NCBI GenBank assembly: GCA_013239625.1 | Contig: MU054001.1 | Span: 3,354,151-3,418,150 of the forward strand | Reading direction: 5' to 3' | Source: Lama guanicoe | Taxonomy: Eukaryota | DNA: 64,000 nucleotides | Shown here: one piece after another, positions 1-12,892 of the stretch | Numbering within the stretch: position 1 is the stretch's first letter | Layout: each line of letters begins with the position of its first letter | Made by a program: the position numbers and the translations under genes | Notes under the pieces: generated by a model | Database searches by the model: none | The model's input: only the letters and a program-made list of their open reading frames with translations | What the model was told of the DNA's origin: nothing

Positions 1-170
1 GGGTTCGCCTCAGCTTCACTGATCGTGATGACAGTCAGAGCAGGAGAGCCACAATTAACATGTGCCCGCTTGCCTCGGCCTAAAACAAAGCAAGGATGCT
101 CTGCCTAATATAGAAGCTGGTGCTTCACGTGTACTGCACACCTTCAATGTACCTGTGTTGAATCAGTAAG

Positions 171-236
171 TGGCTGGCTGGCTGGCTGGCTGGCTTGCTG
201 GGTGGATGGATGCATGGACACATGGATGGAGGATGG
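171..236 (+). repeat. (TGGC)n/(TGGA)n degenerate tetranucleotide repeat
   Basis: tggctggctggctggctggctggc grading into tggatggatg. Confidence 0.8.
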
Positions 237-283
237 TAGAGATTTGATAAAAGGCAAACTAGACAACAATCACTCAGCCCCGC

Positions 284-501
284 CAGAAGTTGGTAAACCA
301 CGACCTATAGTCCAAGTCCCATCTGCCACCTGTTTTTGTAAATAAGGTTTTATTGGGATGCAGCTATGACCATGCATATAAAGGCACTGTCTACTTTCAT
401 GATACAAGTTAGAATGGAAGAATTGCTCCAGAAGCAATACGGCCTGCAAGTCTAAATTACTTACTTTCTGGCCCTTTACAGAATAAGTTCACCAACCCCT
501 G
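284..501 (+). mobile_element. MER58A (hAT-Charlie), near full length
   Basis: Diagnostic 'cctgtttttgtaaataaggttttattgg' and terminal 'ctggccctttacagaataagttcaccaacccctg'. Confidence 0.85.
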
Positions 502-682
502 AGCTATGCTATTACGAGGTTTCCTGTGTTTTCATGTAGTTTACCCTCTGTCTTCTCTCTGTTGTCTTTGTTTTGCTGATAAAACAAAACCATAGAGAGT
601 AAAACCGCATTATATACCCATTTAAGCTATGTAAGCTCTAATAAACACACTGGGGCATATGTATTAGAAATACTAAGTAAGC

Positions 683-692
683 TTTCCTTTTC

Positions 693-744
<52 letters not shown>
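683..744 (+). repeat. (CTTT)n leading into a 39-nt pure T run (706-744)
   Basis: Read directly from the sequence. Confidence 0.95.
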
Positions 745-745
<1 letters not shown>

Positions 746-1585
746 AAAAATAAGACCAGTCAACTAAGCCAGTTACTTCAGTTGGGATTCAGTCAAAGAA
801 ACCATGATCTCTTCCAATGCAGGACGAAGAAAATCCAGTGCGATGGACTTTTTCAAGAGCCTGTACACAAAGCAATGTATTCTGTACTTTCTGTAAAATT
901 CAAGGGGATTTTTCAGAGGCTAAATTTGACTATATGACTAAGTTTTCCCCTTATGACATTCACTTTAGACTGTAAGAAGCTATCTTCATGAGACCTAGGA
1001 ATCATACACTTATAATTTACAAATATGAGGGGTAAGTTTATGCTCCCCCCCAAATGTGTGTGCTGAGTCTTCTTGCTGGGTGGGAAGGATTATTCATTCT
1101 GCTTCCCAGGATCTGGGAGGAACAGTGCCACAGCCGCTTAGATAAGAGGAGTAGAATTTTAAGTTCCTTCCACATATCAGTAACGAACAGGGTGCTGGTT
1201 GATAGTCTCCTATAATCTGTTCAGGTCCATCGGCACCAGCAGTTGGCAGAAGGACCACAAAGAGAACACAGGATGTAGTCTGAGAAAGCAGAGCTGCTAG
1301 AAACACCCACGTGGAAGGCTTCGCTTGAGATGGCGTTGCTGAGAGAAGAATGCTAGGTGAACTTGGCAAAAATGATCCTCAAGCTGGAAGGGCAGCAGGG
1401 ACTGGAATGGGGGGAGGCTGACACATAGGTAGCTATGTTAGTTAGACACCAGATACTATGATTTGTTGTATTGTGTTTGTAATGGTACATCCTTTACAAT
1501 GTTATCACTGCTTTCTGCCTTATCAGTACAAAAACCCTGCTGGCCATCAGGTAAACCTGAGCCCATTAACCACCTGGAAGGTCAA

Positions 1586-2139
1586 TGTGGTCAGTAGCTT
1601 CTAAGATGTTCCCCAGTGAGCCCCACCGCCTACTATTCATGCCCCAGTATAATCTCCTCTCTATCCGTGAGTCTGGAAAGGATCTAGTAACTTGCTTCTC
1701 ATGAACACAATATAGCAAGAAGGATGAAATGTCTCTTCTAAGGCTTGGTTTCAAAAGATTGTGATTTCTATCTTGCTCACCTTCTCTTGTCCTCTCGCTT
1801 AACTTGTTCTGTTGAAACCAGTTGTCATGCTGTAAGCTACCCTCTAGAGAAGCCCCCAGGGCTAGGAACCTAGGGGGCCCTCGGCCAACAGCAAGGGAGG
1901 CACTCAGGCCCCTCAGCAACCACATGAGTGAGCTGGGAAGGGAATCATTCCCCAGCTAAGGGTCAGGGTGACTGCAGCCTCTGCTGGTTCCATAACTGAA
2001 GCCTCAGGAGACCCTGAGTCAGAGCACCAGCTGAAACCCATATTCCTCACCTCCTGAAACTGTAAGATAATAAATATTTATTTCCTTGAAGCCAGTGTGT
2101 TTTGGGGAATTTGTTACTCAGCAGCGAATAACTAGTACA
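1586..2139 (+). mobile_element. MaLR solo LTR, MLT1F-like
   Basis: TGTGG start with 'ctaagatgttccccagtgagcccc'; end 'aaactgtaagataataaat...ttgttactcagcagcgaataactagtaca'. Confidence 0.85.
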
Positions 2140-2315
2140 GTTAGGATTTGCCACCTAGCGTGATGTTTCCTTCTTGGCCCAGTTTCCTCTTTTAACAATA
2201 GATATTTGGCAAATTTTCTTTGGTTTGGTTTTTGTTTGGAGGGCTGAAAAGAAACTCTAAGCCAGGGATAGGTGATCAATACATTAACTCTGTTAATTCC
2301 TGGCTGGAGGAATTC

Positions 2316-2650
2316 TGTTCTGGTTACTATTGCTGCATCAGAGCGTTGCTGTAAGCTAAAACCTAGCAGCTTAAAGCATTCCAGGTTTATCTCCTGGATT
2401 AAGTCAGAAATTTGAGCAACATGTGATTGGACAATGTATCAGAGCATCCACTGATGCCACATAGAGGTATTCAATGGATGGCTAGGCTAGATGGAAGGAC
2501 CAGGTTACCTTCCCCACATATCTAGTGCTTTGGCAGGGGTGATTGTCTGCTGGGAGTTCACCTGGTGTGTCAATTGGAGCAGAGGTGGCCTCTCCAGCTG
2601 TGACATGGCAGCTGGCTTTCTCAAGAACAGAAGTTCCAGCAAGTTTGGTT
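2316..2650 (-). mobile_element. Old MaLR LTR fragment (MLT1G/H-like)
   Basis: 'tgttctggttactattgctgc...aaaacctagcagcttaaagca' is the reverse complement of a MLT1 3' end. Confidence 0.6.
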
Positions 2651-3010
2651 TCACATTCATCCTCTGAAGAAGCATTTTCCAATTGGTTAGATTCATAAAT
2701 GGAACACCAAACCCAGGAAATAATGGGGGGGGGAAGGGAAAATGTGGTCCAAATAAGTTAGAAAACATTACCTTCCTTCACTCCCTTTTGGACAGTTAAA
2801 AGGCACATTAGCATATAAAAACCTTAAAAACCAAGAACACGGTTTAACTCCTCTAACCAAAATTTTCCAAATATTTTGACTACAGAATCCTAACCCTACT
2901 TTGGTACATTAGAAAAATTATCTGACATTTAGAAATAAGGCAAAAAGTTTGACAGCTTGTCCTTTCAACATCAATAGTGTTAACGAAGGCCACTCAAAGA
3001 TTGCCCAGGG

Positions 3011-3165
3011 CAATGCTTCTCAACAGAAGCTTCTGTAGTGGTGGAAATGTGTGCCCTCCTGTGTGGTAGCTGCCAGTTACGCGTGGCTATTGAGCGCTGG
3101 GCATGTGACTAGTGCAGATCTAGGGAAATGTAAATAGTTCATCTCATTGTTTATTATTGATTAAA
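3011..3165 (+). mobile_element. MER3 (hAT-Charlie) fragment
   Basis: 'ttctgtagtggtggaaatgt...gtggctattgagcgctgggcatgtgactagtgc' matches the MER3 core. Confidence 0.7.
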
Positions 3166-3319
3166 ATTCCCACACTTGGTGAAGTCACAAAGTCCCCCTA
3201 ACGCCTTTGCATCCTTTCGGCTACTGACCAGTCCCCCTTAACTTGCAGGACCAACCCACAGTCAAGCAAGCAGTAGACCTCCAGCACCCTGCGTCAAGGC
3301 TCAGGTTGTTCTGAATGGT

Positions 3320-3800
3320 AGTGATGCTTCATTTTGTATGTCAACTTGACTGGACGACTGGATACCCGGATAGCTGGTTAAGCATGATTCCCGGATGCAT
3401 CTGTGAGGGTGTTTCAGAAGAGATCAGCATGTGAATTGGTGAACTGAGTAAAGAAGGTGGCCCTCCTCAGTGTAGGTGGGCATCACCCTATGTGTCGACG
3501 GCCTGAATGGAACCAAAATGCAGAGGAAGGTTGAGTTCGTTCTGCCTGACAGGTTGAGCCAAGAATAGACTTTCTCTTGCCCTCGGTGCCCCTGGATCTC
3601 AAGCCTTCAGACCCAGTGGAATCCCACCACTGGCTCTCCTATTCTCAGGACTTCAGCCCACACCACCAGCTCTCCTGGGTCTCCAGCTTGCAATGGCAGA
3701 TCATGGGACTTCTCAGGATCCATAATCACATGAGCCCGTCAATATCTTACTTAATAAGTATCTTCCTGTGTGTTCACAGCCTGGTCCCTGGAAGCCCTCA
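3320..3800 (+). mobile_element. MLT2 (ERVL) solo LTR
   Basis: 'gtgatgcttcattttgtatgtcaacttgactgg', 'gaactgagtaaagaag', 'ctccagcttgcaatggcagatcatgggacttctc'. Confidence 0.85.
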
Positions 3801-3964
3801 GTGATTGCTACTGCTGATCCTGGGGTAACTGTCATGGTCTCCCTGTTCAACTGGGGTGTTGCAGCACCAGGTGCCAATAATCTGAGCAGTGAGATCGTAG
3901 CTCTTCAGGGTGTGGCAAGGAACAGTGGATAAAATTGGGGTTCTGGATAAAGCCATTCTGTCCA

Positions 3965-4095
3965 AGATGAAATCTGGGCTCCACCATTCACTCAGTGTGT
4001 ACATTTGGAGATGTTAATTGACTCTTCTGGATCTCAGCTTCCTTTTCTACAAAATGGAGATAATCATAAAAAAAAATTATAGGGTTGTGGTGAGT
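3965..4095 (+). mobile_element. MIR SINE fragment
   Basis: Core 'ctcagcttccttttctacaaaatggagataat...atagggttgtggtgag'. Confidence 0.7.
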
Positions 4096-6707
4096 GGTCC
4101 CACTGCTAGTATTTGCAGGGATGAAGAAAAAGGACACAAAAGGCCCTTAAGTGGGTGACCTACCTCTCCCTGCTCCATACACCCCTCCACCCCACACTCA
4201 CCCCCATCCTAGTTAACAGTAACTTTAGACCTGAGGGGCACTTGCTGGTGGGCAATCTCCCTTTGAAAAGACAGACCCAGGAAAGAGATGTGCAGCCTGG
4301 AGGCAGGAAATTCTGAGGTTCTGGGCACTGTGTGTGTGGTCTAGGAGAGGGAACATGGGTTCCAGGTGGACATCTCCCTTGGCCCAGAGTGTCCTCATGA
4401 TGGGGAGTGGCACAGTCTGCAATCGGCCAGAGTAGAGTGCTTGGAACACGCACACACACTCATGCATGCACGCAGGGCCTGGATCAGAGACCCTTTTTAC
4501 CTGGATCAAAGATTCGTTCTAGGGGTAAAGCATAAATGATAGTTTAGACCCGGGACTGGCCCTGCGTAATGATTCAGTAAGTTGCTGTCATATTTCATGT
4601 CAGTTTCATCATGGTATCTAGCTGTGTAAGGTCCAACTGTCCTCTGAGCCTAAGACCCACTAACAGATGACGAGGAAGAAACTTTATTTGGGTTGGAGTG
4701 AAAATAAAGCCAGTTTAGCTCTTCAAAGAGAACTCAGGAGGATGATGGGACGAGAAGGCAGGGCCACAGAGACAGGAGGCCTCAGGTTCTCAGCAGCCAT
4801 CATATTCTGGATTCATAAGGTCAGACTTTACAGCCTTGTTACTGCCACATTTGCTAAACCTTATCAAAGATATGCTATCTATTTCATCTCTGTGTTAAAT
4901 TTTTAAAAAGCCTTCTGTGTTTTTCTTATAATGACAGCTACAAAAGAGTAATAGATGACACAGGAATTAAAAAAAGGAAACATATTTCTAAACAGATATC
5001 ACCTATACAGAATTGTCTCCTGAAATATAAGTTAGCAAAATGGGAGGGACTCAGATTGCCAAGAAAGGAGGACCAGGAAAGGGAGTATACAGGGTGAAGT
5101 CACTTCACTCACAGAGGAGTCTCCAGGCGCTCAGACTAGGGTGAGGTCAAAGAGGTGGCCGGAGTGCAAATTTGGTGCTTGCTGTCAGGGTTCCTGGGAG
5201 TGTGTGGGGTCGACCTTAAATTTGAGGAGGCTGAATGTTAACCTGTAGGTCAACCTGGGAAGCTTTTAAAAGGGGCAAGTGGGCTTTGATAAACTAGTTG
5301 ATAAATTAGCACACAGATACAATCTTCAGATTTTTCACACACCCCAGAGTCTGTCGGCGGCTCCCTAGATTGGAAACGGAAAGGTGAGCCACTCTCCCCA
5401 GATGTGCAGACAGGCTGCACGCGTGTGGAGGCTCCTCTTGCTTTCAGTTCTGCTGGGAGGCTCACCGGCAGGGCACGCTGGGGTGAGCTAGCCTGATGGT
5501 CATGGGGACAGGGCAGACCAGCTCCAAACTGAGTCCTAGACCTGCCTGACTCCTGCAAGCACCAAGGAGAGGAAAGGGAGGCGGGGCCAGCAACACAGTC
5601 TCTTCTTCCTTCTCCCCAGATATTCGTCTTTGTTTCCATAGGTGTTTGTGTTTTCCCTCCGCCTGTTTTGCGTGTCATTGAGAGTTAAAGAAGACATATT
5701 TTACATCCTAAAGAGAGGCAGTAAAAATAATTAGCCTATTTCTCTCATGTCTGAGTGTATTAATTCTTGCTTACATAAGGAAATACAAAAAAACAAACAA
5801 ACTGTAAACAAGGAACCATTTGGAATCAGATTATGCATGAATAATGACGCACATTCTCATCTAAGATGTGGGGCGGGGGACAGATCTAGTTTTACTGCCA
5901 GTGGCTTTAAAAAATGTTTTCCTCTTTCAAAGGAATTACTCAGGATGTAATAAAAAATGTTTTCTGCTCTAAGAGGATTCATTTACCTTTTGTGCTCTGA
6001 GAAAATAAATGCAATCAATACCTCAATTCTCCTCGTCTATGGAGAAAGACAGCTTCCAAGTTTAAATGCTAGGTAATGGGCATTTAGTTTTGATCTCCTA
6101 ATGCACACATTCTGTTTCTCTTAAGGATTTCTCAGTCACTTAGACTCTTCCCAGAGCCTCAACCGACTTTAGGGGGCCTCTGCTTTCTTCTCCAGCTCTG
6201 ATGCATCTTCTTTTCCATGCAATCCCCTTCTTTCCTTTGACTCCACCAGCTCAATAACACCCAGAGGCTGGAAAGCAAAATGGGTTCTAACCTGGGGGAA
6301 AAGGCAAGTTAACCATTGCAGCCACCAGAGGTGTGCCTAACGTAACATCAATCCCAAGTGTGACTCGGGACGTGTTACCTAACCTCACCATCCTTCACTT
6401 TCCTTCTTTGCAAAATAAAGATGCAAACTACCTGATAGGACATTCAATCCAAAAAAGTGCTCAGGCCAGTATCTTGTGGATCTCATTTTACTGAAGCCAT
6501 TGTTTCTTGCCTTTTCTCCTTCAAGCCTGGACCTAGACATTCTGTTTAGAAACAACTCTTTGTTGTAATTCCCATCCTTCCCATGAGCAGAGTTCAACCA
6601 CCAGTTGCCCAAGGATATTTGAAACAACTGTTCTCATTACTCTTCTTGTCTTTGGTTTTACCTTTATTGAATCCCACACCGAAGAGTTGGAAGAGTCCTT
6701 TAAGATC

Positions 6708-7450
6708 CATTCATTTCATTCATCAATCCAACAAATATTTTCTAAGCATCCATTGCAAGTCTAGCACTGTTCTAGCCCCGGAAGAGAAATGTAAACAAAA
6801 CACACAGACCATGGCTCTCATGGTGCTTGATTTTATGAACAGGCACTGAACCACAGAACAATACCTCAGAAGTAGGGCCACCAACTTGTCTCCGTTTGAC
6901 CAGGACTTACCCAGTTTGGGCACTGAAGTCCTGTCTCCTAAGACTGCAAGTTCAGTCCTGGCAAAACAGGGTCATTGGTCAGCCTAATCATAAATGTGAT
7001 GAAAAAAGAAGCTGCCATGAATGCATCCAACTAGAGCCTTGACTGTCTCAGGTGTCAGAGGTGGCTCATCGGGGGAAAACGCCATTCAGTGGCGACCAGA
7101 CAGATTAGAAGACAGACAAGTGTGAGGGGGAAAGCAGGTCAAGTGCACAAGCAGGCACACGGTTTATACAAAAGCTTAGGGGCTGGAGGAACTGGCAGAA
7201 GCAGAGAAAACAAAGTAAGATGAGACTGCAGAGGTGATGAGGAAGACCTCACCAACTCCACCGAGGAATCCGTGCCTTATCAGAGGGGCACAAGGCAACT
7301 TTGGAAGAGCTGAAGCGTGAAGAGTTGGGCGTGACAAGGGATTTACTTATGAAGGCAAGCCTCTAGCTGGGCTTTGATGAAGTTTGACTGGAAGTGGGGT
7401 TCAGGGACCAGGTAAGAAAGTGGTCCCAGGGGAAGTTGATAGTGGCCTGA
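6708..7450 (-). mobile_element. L2 LINE 3' portion, interrupted by MER81
   Basis: 'cattcatttcattcatcaatccaacaaatattt...gcactgttctag' is the reverse complement of the L2 3' end. Confidence 0.65.
6873..6986 (+). mobile_element. MER81 (hAT-Blackjack) MITE
   Basis: TIR-like ends 'tagggccaccaac' and 'ttggtcagccta'; internal 'gcactgaagtcctg'; ~114 bp. Confidence 0.75.
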
Positions 7451-7619
7451 GTGTGGATTGAGAGTCCCCCTGAAGTAGAGTGGATCAAACTGGCCCGGAC
7501 TGATTGGACTGAGGGGAAGAGGCGGGGTTGATTCCCAGCACCCCAGTGGAAGCATTTACACGCATGATGGGACATGTGTGGAGTTAATCCAGACATTCAC
7601 AGGTTATAGAAGAACGTGG

Positions 7620-7980
7620 ACTTGCCAGCGCACATCACAATACAGTGTGGGGAGAGCTAGAGTATAAATGAGGGCAAACTGTGGGGACAGGAGATGGGAG
7701 GAGGAGGCCAGCTATGCCCACAAAGTTGAGGAAGACGTTACAGAACAGGGAATCCTTCTCTTTGGCTTAAGAGATAAATAGAAGTGCACCAGGTGCAGAG
7801 AGGGGACATTCCAGGCAGGGGGCACAGCATATGCAGAAGCAGAAGCCTGGTTTGGCAGGAGCAGGGGTGCAGGGCCCATGGTGTAGGGAAGGCAGGCTGT
7901 GCCCAGCTTGTGGATGTCTCCTCTGTCCACCACGCAGGGAAGTTCAGATTCTGTCTCCGAGTCCATAGGAAGTACCAAGG
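7620..7980 (-). mobile_element. L2 fragment
   Basis: 'gggacattccaggcagggggcacagcatatgcagaagcagaag' is typical antisense L2. Confidence 0.55.
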
Positions 7981-8114
7981 ATTGTTTTTGTTTGGTTGGT
8001 TTTGTCTTTTGTAATTATTTTAGACTTAAGTGGAAGTTGCAGTAATTGTCCAGAAGATTTCTTGATTTCCTTTTCAGCATCAGCTTTTACCTGCCTTATC
8101 AAGTGTCTTTTTTA

Positions 8115-8343
8115 AAGACTATACACTACTGTATATAAAACAGATAAACAACAGAGACCTACTGTATAGCACAGGGAACACATACATTCAACTTCTTGTA
8201 ATATCATATAATGGAAAAGAATATGAAAAGAAAAACATATATATATATATATATAATGTAAGTATATAACTGAATCACTTTGCAATGCACTGGAAACTAA
8301 CACTGTAAATCAACTACGCTTCAATAAAAGATTAAAAACAAAC
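8115..8343 (+). mobile_element. L1 3'UTR fragment, cetartiodactyl-type
   Basis: 'ctactgtatagcacagggaac', 'actgaatcactttgc', 'tgtaaatcaactacgcttcaataaaa' plus A-rich tail. Confidence 0.9.
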
Positions 8344-10399
8344 TATCAGTCTTATAAATCCATCAGGCACCCCCAATAGAGGCACGGCAGATGTGATTAC
8401 TCCGTTGCACAGGAGAGGATAATCAAAGTTCAGAAACGCTAAACAGCTTATTTAAATCGAAACCTTGAACTCCATCCTCCAGAGGCTAGTCTCGCATTCA
8501 TTCTTTCTTGTTTTCTTTTTCCAAAACCTCTGCTTGAAGCATTGTTAACTGTCTACGTGAGAGGAAAAACTAAAAATGTGAACAGTTTAACAGAAATGGC
8601 AGATTTACAAAACATTTCAAAAGTGGGAGTGCAATGTTAAAAAAAGGGCATGTGATTCATTGCCAGATGAATAAGAAAGTCAGATAACAATTACTCTAGA
8701 TTTTCCAGAGAAACTGAGGAAAATTTATAAGGAAGGCACTAGAAGCTCTTGGAAAACTGCAAAACACTGTGTAAATGTGAAGTCTTGATAATTTGGGAGT
8801 TGTTATTTACTTAAGTATTGGAAGATGGGTCCAGTGGGATAACCAAAGAAAGAAGAGGGCCGCCTCGGGCAGAGGTCCCCCTGGGCATGAGCAAAATCCT
8901 AGTGGCCAACCCACAAATGATGGATACAGTGGCCCATGTAGAAAGGACTCATAAGTCTTGTTATATCTTGTCTCTCAAAGCAGACTCTAAGCCTTCCAAG
9001 CACAAAGAATGCTCTCATCCTCAAATGCAGCCCAAATCATGGTGCAGAACTATGCACATAACAGGTGTTCAATAAGTAACTTTTGGCTAATTGATCCTAG
9101 AGCGGTTTTGTAGGCAAAGGCAAGAAACTTTCCTGCCCTTTGGCACTGCTGTGCTTTGAATGTTACAGTGAGCTACTTCCTGTTATCCAACCATCATTTA
9201 ATCTAAAATTATTAATAACAAGGTATTTATTTCAGTGCTTCATGTATACTAGGCTCTGTGCTAAACACTATTGCATTAGCTTCTTTAAGCCTCAACAAAA
9301 CAAAAGACTATGGCTATCTTCTCTTCTGAGACTCTTCTGAGAAAGTACTAGGGTGGTCCAGCCAAGCAGCAAAAGGTAAGTGGCAGCTGTGGTCTGATCT
9401 GCCCCTTGTTCAAGCCCCCACGGGCCTTTGAACTTGACCCCCTCCTAAAGTCAGACATGTTGCAAGGTTCGCAGCAGAATTCACAGCGGCGTCCTGCTTC
9501 TTAGCCAACCGAGGGGCTCAAGGCGGGACAGCAGCCCCCCGGCCAGGACCAGAGAGGTCACTATCCAGAGAGAAACCCCTCCCCTTCTGCAACTTTGATG
9601 GAGCTGCCAGATCACCACCTCCCATCTGCAAGCCCATGTCATGTTTTTTGAAAAGTCTTGCCAAAAAAAGCCAACAGCGTAGACTCCCAGGAAAACAAAC
9701 ACTTGAAATATTTTTGTCAAGGCGGGAGCCTTGCAGTGGCTGGCTGCTTCTATAGATAAGATATCTGTTCACCTTTCATAAATGTCAGGCTTGAAATAAA
9801 AAAAGACAGGATAATGAGGTCTCATTCCACTGAAGCAAGCGTGCACCTACTAATTAACCCACAGACCACTAACAAACGTGCTGTTTAGATGCTTTTGCTG
9901 CAGTCATCAGATGCGCAAATAGCTCGGGCTCAAAGATCTGATTTGCTTACCCTCCTCGGATATTTTCAAAATATTTTAAGTGGTCCCGATGATTCAACTT
10001 CTGTTCACCCATTCAGCGCACATGTGCATAATACCCACTGTGTGCGAGGGGCTTGGTCAGGGCTGTGGGGGATCCTATGAGGCTGCATTTTGTGACAGGC
10101 AGAGGCCCTGGCACCCTCCCAAGTTGGCATTTGAATGTTGACCTCAGCACTCGACATGTGGTCATCAATGCTGCAAACTTCAGTTTATTTATGGGCTCAC
10201 ATCAGATGGAGAGAATGCTTCTATGAGTTGTAAGTTGTTATTGGGATTAAATGAGATAATATAAGTTTAGTATCTAGCGGTTGGAAAGTGGTACTTATTA
10301 TAAAGAGCTGGTGAAGGAGAAGGAGAAGAGGTGAGGAGGAAGATGGGGAAGGGAAGGGGAAGGATGAAGAGGAGATGGTAGAGGTGACAAGGAGAGGAG

Positions 10400-10830
10400 A
10401 ACACACAAAGATGGAGACAGAGATAAGATCTTTGTCTCACTGACCTCCGTATGGTGAGCAAGACTGATATGAGTACAAATTACCAGGGTAGACTTGGTGA
10501 CTAGAGAGAGATAGAAAAGTACAACACTTTAAAGAAGGCAGCTAGACCTTGCAATGGAACTGGGAGGCAAGGTCAGGGGATGCAAAGAACATCAGAGGAT
10601 GACTGTTTATGAAGTCCTTGAACAGTGGACAGATTGAATAGGTAAAGACGGGCAGGGAAACCCCTGAGCAGAAACCTAGAGCCCGGATGGTCCAGGCTGT
10701 AAACACAGTTATAGCTGGCATGGCCAGTGGGGTGTGATGGATGAAAGATGAGGCTGCAAAGATAGGGTTCACCTGGACCACGGTGACCTCATATGCTTTG
10801 TTCTGAAGGTGGTTATAAATTCTAAATGAG
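10400..10830 (-). mobile_element. L2 fragment, preceded by a MIR piece (10220-10290) and a GA-rich tract (10310-10400)
   Basis: Degenerate antisense L2 motifs; MIR 'gattaaatgagataatata'. Confidence 0.45.
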
Positions 10831-11026
10831 AAGGGGATTCCAGAGATGGGAATCCAAAGTGAGAGAAATAATTCTGAATCATTTCACATGGGACACTACA
10901 AGTATTCTATAAAGGGGGTTCCATTTCTTCAGTGGGGAAACAGTAATGCTCCCATACCTCGAAAATCCATTTTGTGTCTTTCAAAAGCATTGCTTTACAA
11001 GTTGTTGTCATTCATTCTAACGACCC

Positions 11027-11471
11027 TGTAGTGGGTTGAATGGTGGCCCCCAAAGTAATAGGTCTGTATCTTAATTCCAAGAGCCTGTGAAGGTGACCTT
11101 ATTTGAAATGAAAGGGTCTTTGCAGATGTAATTAAATTAAGACTCTTGAGATTCGATTATCCTGTATTATACAGGTGGGCTCTAAATCCAATGACAGGAG
11201 ACATACCCAGGAGAGACACATGGGGAGAAGAGTGGGTCATATGAAGATGGAGAGGTGTAGCCACAAGCCAAGAAATGCCTGGAGCCCCCGGACCTGGAAG
11301 AGGCAAGGAAGGTTCTCCCCAAGAGCCTTCAGATGGAGTGTGGCCCCACCAACACCTTGATTTCAGACTTCTGGTCCCCAAATCAGTAAAAGGATACATT
11401 TCTGTTGTTTTAAGCCAACAAGACTGTGTCATTTGTTATGGCAGCTCTAGCAAACTAGAAGTCATAATACA
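11027..11471 (+). mobile_element. MaLR solo LTR, MLT1B-like
   Basis: 'tgtagtgggttgaatggtggccccca', 'agggtctttgcagatgtaattaa', 'caccttgatttcagacttctgg'; ends 'taataca'. Confidence 0.9.
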
Positions 11472-11954
11472 AACACTTTGAGAAGGATGAGGTGGGATTC
11501 TAATTCCTATATGACCAATGAGAAAAGACAGGTCTTGAACCCATGTAAGTCTGCAGGAAAGCATGGGCCACTAGGATCTTTCCTTACCTTGGTGTGCTCT
11601 GAGCATAGTCCATCAGATCACAAGAGATTCAGAAGGCTTGGAAGGAAGCCATGACTCACCCCTGTGAGCAGTTGATAAAAGAAAATATCTTGGAAAAGAA
11701 GGACTTGAACTGAGATGTAAAGGATGAACAGACCTTAGCTAGGCATAGAAGGACTTCAGGAAGGTGGACTAGTTCAATCCAAGGTAGATTATCTCAAGTA
11801 GCCAGGACCTAGCAAATGGAAGGAAGTGTGCCCAGTCAAGATCTTGGATCCTAGGCTAGGAAACTTGTTCCCTGGCCTGCAAAGTTGGTTGTGTGGATTA
11901 GCAGTTGACAGAATTCATTCACTTGACATTAATTGAATTGCTCATCACGGGCCT

Positions 11955-12360
11955 TGCAAAGGAACTCCAGAAAACCTGTCGATTAAGCAAAGCTAAGCTT
12001 ATCAGAGCTACTGCCATTACTGAAGACACCACCTTGAAGACATCTCAGTACAGGGACCATTAGGGAAAGTATCTCTAGGGCTTTGGGGCCAGAGTTGGGT
12101 GATTTCAAGGTGAGTTTTACATAGTAGGAGGGTGGTTGGAACTGGGCAGAGTTTACAACAAAATAGTTTTAGATTCGTGGGTGGAGTGAGACAAAGAGTC
12201 TTGAAGCAAGCCTCAATGAGTAGACTGCCAGTCTTGAAAAGTAAGACTTTAGCTGATTTATAGGAGCAGGTATTTCCTGGAGCTCCAGCTAAGTTATTTT
12301 TCCTGGGTCTCAGTATTGTTCAGCACAGCCAGAAGGAGGCATGAGGGTCCAAGTTGCCAG
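11955..12360 (-). mobile_element. Old LTR (LTR78/LTR79-like), within an L2 remnant
   Basis: 'ccagaaaacctgtcgattaagcaaagctaagcttatcag...caccaccttga' resembles the antisense 3' end of this LTR group. Confidence 0.5.
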
Positions 12361-12414
12361 AGTAAATACATAGAACAGCAGAAGCACTGTTCTAGGCCCT
12401 TGCACATGCGTATC

Positions 12415-12447
12415 TGTGTGTCTGTGTGTGTGTGTGTGTGTGTGTGT
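12415..12447 (+). repeat. (TG)n microsatellite
   Basis: Read directly from the sequence. Confidence 0.9.
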
Positions 12448-12892
12448 ATGTCTCTCTATATAGGGATGTATAAAGCTTTAATTCTAATGGGAGTACAGGG
12501 GAGGACAGAGAATAGAATAGTCAATAAATACATGCATACAGACAGAAAACTGGATTTCAGAAAGCACTAAACTCTAAGGAGAAAAACAAAGCATGAAAAG
12601 AAGATGAGGACTGTGGTGGGGTAAGAGGAAAGAGCAATGATGATCGTGAATGTTGTAGTGAAAAATTGCCCCGTGGCTGCACACGCTTGGGACATGCTGG
12701 GTTACACAAAGTTAGAAAGATCCCATCACCCCGAGAACATCAAAGACTTATGTTTGTTCGTGTGTGTTAAGAGACTCCAAGAGAATGAAATAGACAGTAT
12801 TTTCTAAATGTATTTGGCTTCATGGCCTTCTTTTCATAGAACCTCTCCAAGGTCTTTTTGTCCTTGGGAATATGTTTAAAGAAGAGCCCTGT

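Noticed and set aside
2665..2920. Probable old hAT-Charlie fragments (also ~12660-12880, ~34390-34830, ~45207-45300, ~52300-52690)
   Set aside because: Too diverged to name or bound reliably by eye, so not listed as features.
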